Below are positions 55,238 to 64,000 of a stretch of DNA of 64,000 nt, one piece after another. The notes beneath the pieces are model-generated. The model did no database searches, was not told the origin of the DNA, and saw nothing but the letters and a program-made list of their open reading frames with translations. Where the stretch lies: the IMG/VR virus record IMGVR_UViG_3300017963_000217, positions 35,387-99,386 of that record. One strand, given 5' to 3'. How positions within the stretch are numbered: position 1 is the first letter of the stretch; each line of letters begins with the position of its first letter. The DNA is from a virus. A program made the position numbers and the translations under genes.

Positions 55238-55978
55238 ATGGCTGTTATAATAGGCGGACTAACGACTGTCTCGGTGCAATTTACAGGACAGGGTATTGTT
55301 ACTGATGGCATTCAATCTATCAACTGGAATGTAAATAGACAACCAAACAGATTATGGGAACTTGGTAATTTCAACCCCTTTAGAACACAAGTATCTAAAA
55401 CTTTGACAGTAAGCCTCACAACATATGCTGCTAGACCAACAGCTGCATCTAGCGTGGATGGTAATCTTATACAGCCAGTAACACTTACTCCTAGTACTAG
55501 TTGTGTAGATAGCACCGCAAAAGCTCATATAATCATTAATGTAGCGGCTTGTGATACTATTGCATCTATAAGTATAGATGAAGAGGATATGTTTCTTACT
55601 AGCTATTCTTATTCTAAAGGAGATCCTGTAGGATTTGGTACTGAGAGTTGGTCATTTCAAGCATGGTTGGCTAGTGATGTTACTGGATCTGAATTTATAG
55701 ATGTTGGAGCCCCCTCATTTATATTACAGGGAAGATCAGATGGTAGTGTCAGTGGTAATGTTGGTACAACTTTCGAACATATGGGTATATTAATGGAGGC
55801 AGACGGTCGGGTTACAGGGCAACAAGGAAGTGTTAGTGCCGGATTTCCAGGTATAGGTAACGCTGATGAAACAACTTTAGGACTAATTAATCGCGTTGGG
55901 GGTGGTACATTAGAAGCGCCTGGGGAAATAGGGCAATCTAGCGCCAACATTCCGCATAATCCTATTTATATTGGGTAA
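55238..55978 (+). CDS. Putative tube-fold tail protein
   Basis: IQSINW..RLWELG..LTVSLTTY resembles VQTLG..IFELG..VAVTLNT of the tail tube N-terminus. Confidence 0.5.
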   Translation: MAVIIGGLTTVSVQFTGQGIVTDGIQSINWNVNRQPNRLWELGNFNPFRTQVSKTLTVSLTTYAARPTAASSVDGNLIQPVTLTPSTSCVDSTAKAHIIINVAACDTIASISIDEEDMFLTSYSYSKGDPVGFGTESWSFQAWLASDVTGSEFIDVGAPSFILQGRSDGSVSGNVGTTFEHMGILMEADGRVTGQQGSVSAGFPGIGNADETTLGLINRVGGGTLEAPGEIGQSSANIPHNPIYIG

Positions 55979-55988
55979 GGAGATAATT

Positions 55989-56417
55989 ATGGTATTTAGA
56001 ATTTCAGAAAAATTTAGATTAGAAATACATTGGAATAAGGTTATATATAAACAAGACGGTGTAGCTACTATAGAGGGATGCTATTTAACTGGACCAGTAT
56101 TAAAAGAAGTATCACAGTTAAATGAAAAAGATGGTATATCTTTGGATTTTGCTAATCAATATAGATTTTTTGTGCCAAGTTATTATATTGCGAATTTGAT
56201 ATGGCAAGGCGTAAAACACACGTCGAATAAAATATTTTTATATAATACAGTTTTGACTAATAAATATGTAAATTCTGTGCCCAAACTTAATAATGATGAT
56301 TACATAGTAGTAGATACTAAAAATCATGAGGACGAAAAACATCAGCGCAACTTAACTTATCCTTCATATTTAATAAAATATGATGGAGAAATTTATAATT
56401 TTGCGGAGTATAAATAA
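55989..56417 (+). CDS. Hypothetical protein
   Basis: ATG 55989 follows SD AAGGAG. Confidence 0.6.
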   Translation: MVFRISEKFRLEIHWNKVIYKQDGVATIEGCYLTGPVLKEVSQLNEKDGISLDFANQYRFFVPSYYIANLIWQGVKHTSNKIFLYNTVLTNKYVNSVPKLNNDDYIVVDTKNHEDEKHQRNLTYPSYLIKYDGEIYNFAEYK

Positions 56418-56809
56418 TGCCAAGATACCCCAATAATAATTGCAGAGCTTATATAGTGAATGGTAATTTACCAGAACATAAAATTAAAGAGTGTGTATCT
56501 ACTATAATAGACAGTAGTGCTTTATCTAATATACAGAATTATTTTCCGTGGGTAGGAATTGAAGATTTTCATTATTATCATTTTAAATGCCCTTATTCTA
56601 CAGAAGCAAACGTGCATTATGTTAGAGGAAGTGATTTTCTAATAAATAATGTAGAGAATGAAGCAGTTAGTCATACATTAACGAGTGGGTTGATGATAAG
56701 ACATTCTAGGGGAAATAAACATGGATGGATGTGCGTGGACCCTATATGTCCATATTATAATGGGACTGCCAGTGGATCTAATGCTGGTACACCATATTTT
56801 TATATTTAG
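56417..56809 (+). CDS. Hypothetical Cys/His-containing protein
   Basis: TAATG-coupled start; CVDPICPY motif. Confidence 0.55.
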   Translation: MPRYPNNNCRAYIVNGNLPEHKIKECVSTIIDSSALSNIQNYFPWVGIEDFHYYHFKCPYSTEANVHYVRGSDFLINNVENEAVSHTLTSGLMIRHSRGNKHGWMCVDPICPYYNGTASGSNAGTPYFYI

Positions 56810-56823
56810 GAGGAGCTTAGGCT

Positions 56824-57759
56824 ATGGTTACAAATATTACAGTTTATGATTTGGAGAATTATCCTGACAATAACAAAACTGTAACTACTGATCATAAACA
56901 ACTAGTGCCGGTTGGTTATGAAGGTGATGAGCAGTGGGTATTGTCATTTACTACAACAGCTTTTAGTGATAACACTAATAGCACGGCTATACAAGATATT
57001 TATGTGCAGGAAATAAAGGCTGGTTGGATTAAAAGTTCTGGACTAGTTGGTACTGGTGGTAAATTCGATATCACCAATTCTAATAAAGTTTTGGGCATTA
57101 AAATGGATGCTAGCAGTGGATGGTATTATATTACATTAGATACTGGTAATAATATCGGAGGCGATACTATAGCCGCTGATATGGAGGAAAAAATAAGAGC
57201 TATACCAGATTCTGCATTGTGGAATGCTAATGATGATTCACTAGCGTATTTAAATGCATCGGTAGAATACACTAATGGTCATTTTGAGATTATATCTGGG
57301 ACTGTATCTTCTTTTTATACGGGAGCTAACAGATCATCCGTAAAAGTTACATCATCCGGAGCTGACACATTGTATAAGGATTTGGGATTTAATTTATCAG
57401 TGGATAGTCAGACAATAGCCGGTACAGCTATAAATGAGTCGCTTATTAATTCTAATTACACTGTAGGCGGTACTACAGTTTCAGTGTCAAATCTAGCCGA
57501 TGTTCAGGCTGGTGACGCGGTTGCTATAACAGATGGCACAAATATTGATTATTTTATAACACAATCTGGTACTAGTAGCAGTAGTTTGGTTGTAACTAGT
57601 GGTGTTATAACTAATAGTTATACCAGCGGAGAAGCTAAAGTGCAGATACTTAAATTGCAAGATCCAGAACAAGAACCCGCACCTATATATGGTGATATAG
57701 ATAGCATTACTAGGTGGGGCATAAAGAGCGTGGTTAATCAGGTGGACTTCAGTTCTTAA
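56824..57759 (+). CDS. Virion structural protein (tail tip / baseplate region)
   Basis: S/T/G-rich beta protein; strong SD. Confidence 0.6.
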   Translation: MVTNITVYDLENYPDNNKTVTTDHKQLVPVGYEGDEQWVLSFTTTAFSDNTNSTAIQDIYVQEIKAGWIKSSGLVGTGGKFDITNSNKVLGIKMDASSGWYYITLDTGNNIGGDTIAADMEEKIRAIPDSALWNANDDSLAYLNASVEYTNGHFEIISGTVSSFYTGANRSSVKVTSSGADTLYKDLGFNLSVDSQTIAGTAINESLINSNYTVGGTTVSVSNLADVQAGDAVAITDGTNIDYFITQSGTSSSSLVVTSGVITNSYTSGEAKVQILKLQDPEQEPAPIYGDIDSITRWGIKSVVNQVDFSS

Positions 57760-57785
57760 ATAATATCAATAACTTAGAGGTAATT

Positions 57786-58712
57786 ATGAATGTATTATGG
57801 AATGAAAAAGAGGTAGAATTTTTAAAAAATAATTATAGTAACATGTATTATAAAGAAATAGCTAAGATGTTAGGGAGATCTTGTAAATCTATTAGTCGTA
57901 AAGCAGAAAATTTAGGACTAATTAAAAGGGATACTAAAGTTTGGAGTGACTACGAAGTAAAATATTTAATAGAAAATTATAATATAATTCCACCTATTAA
58001 GATAGCTAAATATTTGGACAGAACTTATCAGTCTGTGACTTTAAAGGCACATATTCTAGGATTAAAAGTTGATTATAGATATTATGAACCGAATTATAAT
58101 GAAGAATTTTTTGATGTATGGTCAAATGAATTAGCTTGGTTGGTAGGAATAGTTTTATCAGACGGGCATGTATCAGATCCTAATAATGGTAGACTTGTTA
58201 GAGTAAAAATGTGCGATAGGGATGTTATAGAAAAAATAAAAGAAATGACTAATCACACTGGAGAAATGGGCGTATTTACACCTACTAATCCTAAATGGTC
58301 TACTTCCTATATCGTTGAGTTTTGGGGTAATAAAGTTTGGCAATTTTTTACTGATCTTGGTATGGACAATCATAAGTCGTATAATGCTACTTTTCCAATT
58401 GTTCTATATAAGTATATTTCTCACGTTATTCGAGGCGTTTTTGACGGAGATGGGTCTATATGTTTAAGCAAAAACACTTGTTATCCTTTTGCACGTGTAT
58501 GTGGCACGAAAGGTGTCACAGATTTTATAGCCGCATATATGGGATTGCATCATACATCACATCCTAACAGTGACGTGAACATTACTGTTCAGTACCCAGG
58601 CAATGACGCTGTATCGTTTTTAAAATATATATATGAGAATTCAACTAAAGGCACTCGTATGGATAGGAAGTATAATAAGTATTTAAAAATTTTGAAAAAA
58701 TGGTGGGGGTAA
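57786..58712 (+). CDS. Free-standing LAGLIDADG endonuclease with two N-terminal HTH-like repeats
   Basis: WLVGIVLSDG and VIRGVFDGDG; repeats WxxxEVxxLxxNY..IAKxLxR. Confidence 0.88.
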   Translation: MNVLWNEKEVEFLKNNYSNMYYKEIAKMLGRSCKSISRKAENLGLIKRDTKVWSDYEVKYLIENYNIIPPIKIAKYLDRTYQSVTLKAHILGLKVDYRYYEPNYNEEFFDVWSNELAWLVGIVLSDGHVSDPNNGRLVRVKMCDRDVIEKIKEMTNHTGEMGVFTPTNPKWSTSYIVEFWGNKVWQFFTDLGMDNHKSYNATFPIVLYKYISHVIRGVFDGDGSICLSKNTCYPFARVCGTKGVTDFIAAYMGLHHTSHPNSDVNITVQYPGNDAVSFLKYIYENSTKGTRMDRKYNKYLKILKKWWG

Positions 58713-58718
58713 ATTAAA

Positions 58719-59234
58719 ATCGCCGAATTTTATGTACATAACTCACTTAACCCACATAAGACAGTCAAGTTCAATATAACTCTAAGATATTTCGTTATAG
58801 TTGGTGAACGTGGCGAACATATGTGGACTTTAGAAATAGGCACAACACACCCAGATATAAACGGTAACGATATATCTCCGGCTAGGGTGCATAGGATAAG
58901 TGTAGATAATTTAGATGAGATTATAGAAAATTCAGTAGCATCTCTATGCGCTCAAATAGATTGGTCTCCACTAGTAGATGATACTACAGCGCCCTATGTA
59001 TCTGAAACGATACCTGATAATGGAGATACTGAAACTAATATAGGAACCGATGTATTTATTACTATAAAGGATATGTTACCATCGGCGGGAATAGATTTAT
59101 CTAATATGAAGGTATTTTTAAATAATGGTACACAAACTTTTGATATAACATCAGAGATTGATGTTGTAGGTGATCCTTATGAATATGAACTAAGATGGTC
59201 TCCACCACTAAGAGTTTATGATAGATATGAATAA
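58719..59234 (+). CDS. Virion protein with Ig-like C-terminus; probable ATC start at 58719
   Basis: Frame is open 34 codons upstream of ATG 58821; the extension aligns with the N-terminus of 56824. DTTAPYV..P..G..GID Ig-like motif. Confidence 0.65.
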   Translation: MAEFYVHNSLNPHKTVKFNITLRYFVIVGERGEHMWTLEIGTTHPDINGNDISPARVHRISVDNLDEIIENSVASLCAQIDWSPLVDDTTAPYVSETIPDNGDTETNIGTDVFITIKDMLPSAGIDLSNMKVFLNNGTQTFDITSEIDVVGDPYEYELRWSPPLRVYDRYE

Positions 59235-59249
59235 TCAAGGAGTATTTTT

Positions 59250-60506
59250 ATGGGCAGTGAAAATATTAAATTAAGAAAAAGGAATTTTACAGTAGTAGAT
59301 GGGTATTTCTATACTATAGACGAAGATCAAGATAATTTGTTGCAGAAAACCGATGATGGTAACACTTCATTTTCTTATCCATTAGATACGGCTTTAGGTG
59401 CCGCTGAGGATATTTATAGTTTAGAACATGACGGTGTTTATTTTTGGTCTTTAGGATATAGTAGTGCCACAGCTAGAATACTAAGAAGATGGAAAGTAGA
59501 TAATTTTGTATGTAAGCTACAACAAAGCATCACTCTTAATAGCGCAAATTATCCAGGTCATAATTTTGATTCTCAGGCGTTTTCTATAGAACACTATCAC
59601 GATACTTTACCTAATCCTGTTTCTAGTGGTTCATCATCTATAGGCCTTACTACATATTCTGGTCATTCATCTCTTTATGCTGGACTTACGCTTCATTTAG
59701 GACCGAATACTAATGGAGACGAAGAAGACGTAGTTATAAATACTATAACTGCTGGAGGAGCTACACTAAATAATCCTGTGCAGCATGATTATCTAGCAGC
59801 GGATGATGTGAATTATTACACAAATATATGGGTATTTAACGATTATAATGGACTTAGTTCTAATGTGGGGGCTTTATATAAATTTGATCGCACAGGAGCT
59901 TATGTGTCTAAAGAGGCTAGTGGTGCTTATTTAGATGTACAAGCAGCTACCTTCTTTAAGGTGGATTCTTTTTCCGAGTTTGGTCCTGTGGATACGTTAG
60001 CTTATGTTAAAAATAGTAACACATTGTTTATAAATGTTTTAGATGTTAGTTTACCTTTCTATGGATCTATGGTTATGGAAAATATACAAAGTGATGAAGC
60101 TACTATTTTACCCGTTTATGATTTAGCAATGTATGGTGATAATGTTTATAGATTACAGAAAGGCCCAGACGGCGGCGGCGGAGAGACGTGGTCCAATTAT
60201 AGTTATGAGTTGTCATCTCTTACAGGTTTTGTAACTTCTATAGCTTTATCCGCCGATCCAGCTATTATCGCTGCAAATTTGTCTAGTACTTCTACTATAA
60301 CTGCTACAGTTAGAGATCAGTTTTGGGAGCCTATAGCTAGTCGTGCAGTTACTTATAGCGTTAGTGATCCAGGAGGTGGCACTGATGCTACAATTATATC
60401 ACCAAATCCAAAAAATACTAATTCGGAAGGTGTATCTAGCGCAATTTTATTGTCTGGAAATGCTGCTAGCGAAGTTACGGTTACTGCCGTTGTAGAACAG
60501 AGTTAA
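59250..60506 (+). CDS. Virion protein with C-terminal invasin/Big_1-like Ig domain (paralogue 1)
   Basis: LSADPAIIAAN..STITATVRDQF..VTYS..TNSEG motif. Confidence 0.7.
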   Translation: MGSENIKLRKRNFTVVDGYFYTIDEDQDNLLQKTDDGNTSFSYPLDTALGAAEDIYSLEHDGVYFWSLGYSSATARILRRWKVDNFVCKLQQSITLNSANYPGHNFDSQAFSIEHYHDTLPNPVSSGSSSIGLTTYSGHSSLYAGLTLHLGPNTNGDEEDVVINTITAGGATLNNPVQHDYLAADDVNYYTNIWVFNDYNGLSSNVGALYKFDRTGAYVSKEASGAYLDVQAATFFKVDSFSEFGPVDTLAYVKNSNTLFINVLDVSLPFYGSMVMENIQSDEATILPVYDLAMYGDNVYRLQKGPDGGGGETWSNYSYELSSLTGFVTSIALSADPAIIAANLSSTSTITATVRDQFWEPIASRAVTYSVSDPGGGTDATIISPNPKNTNSEGVSSAILLSGNAASEVTVTAVVEQS

Positions 60507-60518
60507 GGAGAATTTTAA

Positions 60519-62951
60519 ATGGCTTATGAGAACATAAGATTTAGAAAACCAAATATGACCATAGCCAATGGATATTTTTATATGTTCGATGAGTCTAATG
60601 ATATGTTAATTGAAAAGATAGATGATGGTGACACATCATTTAGTTATCCTTCAACAGCGGATATTAGTGCAAATGTTATTCAAGATAGTTTTGATATAGA
60701 TGGTCCATTAAATGATGAATATTGGAATGTGAATGGTCCTGGTGTTGTAGCCAATAGTGGCAAAGTTAGATTATCTGTTCCAGGCGTAGATAGTAGATTT
60801 GATGGGATAAATAAAATAGTTATACCAGGTAATTTTGATATTCGTGTAGATTTTGATATTATAAGTGGCCCTAGTACTAATTCATGGGGATTTTTTATAC
60901 GCGCTCAGTATGCTGATGGTAGTAGGATCATGCAAATTGTTAGGGCGTATAATGGCAGCGCGCATAGATACTATAGACAGTATTGGAATGGGTCTTCTTG
61001 GGTAGATTATAGTGATGTACTTACTTCAGATACGTCTGGAAAATTACGTATAACTAGATCTGGAAACACATTTAATTTTTATTATTGGAATGGAACTTCT
61101 TGGTCCAATGTAGGAGGTGGTTTAACATATGCATTAAACCATGATTTATATCCTGTTGTTGCAATAGGGAGGTGGGGCGGTCTTCCAGCAGCTACTGTTG
61201 ACACAGATAATTTTTATTCATCTGTTCCTCTTGGTGATATAACTCAAACACATTATGATGGGTCTAATTTTTGGACATTATATGACAATTCTTCAGCGGG
61301 GTTTACAGCTCGTAGATGGAGAATAGAAAATAAATCTGTAGTAGATCTTAAAGATACATTTATCTATGCTAGTAATAGTTCTAATACTTATAATTCCGAC
61401 GCATTTGGAGTGGAGCATTATATTACCGAGTTCGGATGCACTGTCAGTGGTGGTAATACTTCTTTATGTTTGGATGAATATTATGATACAGTTGTTTCAT
61501 CAGGTATAACACTGACACTAGGCCCTAACGAAGACGGTGAGATAGAAGATGTAACTGTTAGTGATATATCTGGAACGGATGTTATTATAACTAGTGGTAC
61601 GCAGTACACATATAATGTGGGAGATCAGATCAGTTTTTATAAGAGTTTATTTGTATTTAATAATTACGACGGACTTAGTAGTGCGAGAGGAACTCTGTTT
61701 AGATTCGATGCTTATACAGGGGATTACATTAGTTCTGATGCTGATGCGGACTATAAAAATGTAGACGCAGCTGTTTTCGCTAGAATACAAAATGCTATTC
61801 AAGATTATCCTGATGCACATACTCTATTGTATATTAAAGATACAAATGCAAAATTACGTAATATGTCTGATCTATTAGCTGTTGCTGAAGCATCCACTGT
61901 AAATGATGATTTCAGCGGGAATAATTTTGATCCGCCTAACACTACTAGATGGACAAATATAGTCGGTAGTTCTTTTATATGGGATAACAAGCTAAAACTA
62001 GATAGTGGTAATGACGAAACACGATCAAATTATTACTTACTCGGCGATTTCGATGTTCAAATTAGTGGTACTATTGACGCTTATAATCCTACGTTATCTG
62101 GATCATTCGGAGAGACTTATCATTACATGGACGTGTTTTTTCCTAGTCAGTCAAATGACCATGTTTCTATAGGTTATTATACTGCATCTGGGGTATCTAA
62201 TCATAGTATTAAGTTCCAATATAATGGTGCTGATGAACAATCCGATGCTGTTGGTAATATTCATAATTATTTTTTAAGAATTACTAGAAGTGGTGATGAC
62301 ATGAATTTTTATTACAAGACTGTAGTATCTGGTGTACCCGATGTTAATTGGACTAGTTTAGGTAACTATACCATGTTTACTAATGATTGTAAAGTAGAAC
62401 TTGGGGTTCAGTCGGGAGGGCCTACAGCATCTGGTATATTTTTTGATGATCTTATATATAATTCAGGGAGAATTGTTTATATTGCAGCTACTGTTCCTTA
62501 TTACGGTATTGCTAATATGGATAATATAAGGGCTAATCAGATTGACATAATACCAGTATACGATGTGGCAGTGCAAAACAGGACTCTTTACAGATTACAA
62601 GATGAAGGCACTTATTATGGTGTGAACAATGATTGGGGGTCTCAATATAATTATCAAGTGACCCCGCTAAGATCTTTTTTAGATTCAATAACAGTTACTG
62701 CTTATCCAGTTATTTTACCAGCTAATGGTAGAAATATAGCAGAAGTTGATGCGGTCGTATTGGATCAATATGGTAATGGAGTAATATTTAAACCAGTGAC
62801 GTGGACAGATACAGATGCACATGGATATACGACTATAAATCCAGCGTATACCGACATATTTTTTGGAACTGGAAAGGCTGTGACATATTATAGAGCTGGT
62901 TTAGTACCTCATACAGTAACCGTAGAGGGTACAGCTACCCAGTATGATTAA
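60519..62951 (+). CDS. Virion protein paralogue 2 with two inserted ConA/jelly-roll-like domains
   Basis: Collinear with 59250, plus two inserts each with GxFDxx..LRITRSGxxxNFYY..W. Confidence 0.7.
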   Translation: MAYENIRFRKPNMTIANGYFYMFDESNDMLIEKIDDGDTSFSYPSTADISANVIQDSFDIDGPLNDEYWNVNGPGVVANSGKVRLSVPGVDSRFDGINKIVIPGNFDIRVDFDIISGPSTNSWGFFIRAQYADGSRIMQIVRAYNGSAHRYYRQYWNGSSWVDYSDVLTSDTSGKLRITRSGNTFNFYYWNGTSWSNVGGGLTYALNHDLYPVVAIGRWGGLPAATVDTDNFYSSVPLGDITQTHYDGSNFWTLYDNSSAGFTARRWRIENKSVVDLKDTFIYASNSSNTYNSDAFGVEHYITEFGCTVSGGNTSLCLDEYYDTVVSSGITLTLGPNEDGEIEDVTVSDISGTDVIITSGTQYTYNVGDQISFYKSLFVFNNYDGLSSARGTLFRFDAYTGDYISSDADADYKNVDAAVFARIQNAIQDYPDAHTLLYIKDTNAKLRNMSDLLAVAEASTVNDDFSGNNFDPPNTTRWTNIVGSSFIWDNKLKLDSGNDETRSNYYLLGDFDVQISGTIDAYNPTLSGSFGETYHYMDVFFPSQSNDHVSIGYYTASGVSNHSIKFQYNGADEQSDAVGNIHNYFLRITRSGDDMNFYYKTVVSGVPDVNWTSLGNYTMFTNDCKVELGVQSGGPTASGIFFDDLIYNSGRIVYIAATVPYYGIANMDNIRANQIDIIPVYDVAVQNRTLYRLQDEGTYYGVNNDWGSQYNYQVTPLRSFLDSITVTAYPVILPANGRNIAEVDAVVLDQYGNGVIFKPVTWTDTDAHGYTTINPAYTDIFFGTGKAVTYYRAGLVPHTVTVEGTATQYD

Positions 62952-62962
62952 AGGAGTAATTA

Positions 62963-64000
62963 ATGACTTACGAGAATGTTGAATTTGCTAAACCTAATTT
63001 CTGTATAGGACCAAAGTCCGACAATTATGCCAGTATAGATCATACATCTGGTGCGAATGGTATTTTAAGATTCAAAAATAGTACTGGAACTCTTGTAAGG
63101 TCTTACAGTCTTGATACTGGTGTATTGGAAATAAGATCTATAGAATATCCTGGTCCAAGAAATGTGTCACCAGCTTATGCAGATTTTGTAGACGATATGT
63201 TTCCCTTTTTTACTTTAGAAAGAAATAGTAGTTCTACTTGTACTATTAGAGAGTGGAGATTAGATAGTACACTTAATAATTTAAATTTGGAAAACACTAT
63301 TACTAAAACGTTAGCTCATCCATATTATTATAATTGCTGGGATATGTCAGTGGAGTATTATCTGAGAGAATTTGATGGGGCTACTACTACTGGAACAGGT
63401 AGAATAAAGATTAACACATATGATAATGTGGAAATAGGCGATAGATTATTATTAGGTCCTAGCTCTGATGTTACTGATCTTAATGGTATGGAATGGGTGG
63501 AAGTAACAAGTATTTCCGGTGGATGGGTTTACATAGATAGTTTAACTTCTAGTGGTGCTATAGCTCCGATCAATGAATATCAAGATGAGGATGATATAAC
63601 TTATACTAAAGCTATTTATTTGTTTAGTGACGTTGGATATAATTCTAATACGATCAAAGGATCAATTTATAAATTACATCCATACACTGGCGCAGTTTTG
63701 GGTCACCACGAAAGTGCTTTATATATGTCAAATACCCAACCTAGTAGATTTTCGGCTACTGCATGGAGTGTGGATTATGATGCTATAGGCATGGTCAGGG
63801 GTTCAAATTTACTTTATGTGAATCCAAACGATAATTATAATATATTAAAATCTCAAGCTCTAACTAATATAGACGATGATGATGTTACCCTTTTACCAGT
63901 ATATGATTTGGTGTTTGATAATTCTGCAATTTATAGATTACAAAATAAAATAACTCTTAGAGATAATAATGGTAACAAAACTACTACTTCGTGGAGCACA
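62963..64000 (+). CDS. Virion protein paralogue 3 (3' truncated)
   Basis: MTYENVEFAKPNF.., LGP..D..E.V, LPVYDL....IYRLQ shared with the two previous genes; open to the window end. Confidence 0.75.
   Translation, partial: MTYENVEFAKPNFCIGPKSDNYASIDHTSGANGILRFKNSTGTLVRSYSLDTGVLEIRSIEYPGPRNVSPAYADFVDDMFPFFTLERNSSSTCTIREWRLDSTLNNLNLENTITKTLAHPYYYNCWDMSVEYYLREFDGATTTGTGRIKINTYDNVEIGDRLLLGPSSDVTDLNGMEWVEVTSISGGWVYIDSLTSSGAIAPINEYQDEDDITYTKAIYLFSDVGYNSNTIKGSIYKLHPYTGAVLGHHESALYMSNTQPSRFSATAWSVDYDAIGMVRGSNLLYVNPNDNYNILKSQALTNIDDDDVTLLPVYDLVFDNSAIYRLQNKITLRDNNGNKTTTSWST

Noticed and set aside
1-64000. tRNA/rRNA genes and host assignment
   Set aside because: No cloverleaf or rRNA-like segment was recognised; strong SD use alone does not identify the host.

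Overview
The window is the virion-morphogenesis region of a large tailed dsDNA phage. It is AT-rich, uses strong GGAGG ribosome-binding sites, and every credible gene is on the + strand. Gene order: portal (5' truncated), prohead protease, scaffold, head decoration, major capsid protein, neck genes, a mosaic cluster of fibre-like genes, tail completion, tail tube, tail chaperones, a 7006-aa tape-measure-like giant protein, tail tip/baseplate genes, and tandem Ig/lectin-like paralogues (the last 3' truncated). The capsid and tail tube genes are each split by a group I intron carrying a LAGLIDADG endonuclease; splice sites can be inferred at 5545/6689 and 24596/25680. Four more free-standing endonuclease genes are present. 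The main finding is the giant protein at 29384-50404. By motif reading it fuses, in order, a DEDDh 3'-5' exonuclease, a two-barrel (beta + beta'-like) RNA polymerase with FED, K..R.G.KG, R.P and DFDGD motifs, a PD-(D/E)XK nuclease, and a tape-measure domain. This suggests a transcription/nuclease machine delivered through the tail. Other oddities: a pervasive [T/V]-x-S-G motif in surface proteins, near-cognate start codons after endonuclease genes, a candidate -1 frameshift, and an amber-interrupted HNH gene. All calls come from motif recognition by eye; no database search was run, so novelty is unverified.
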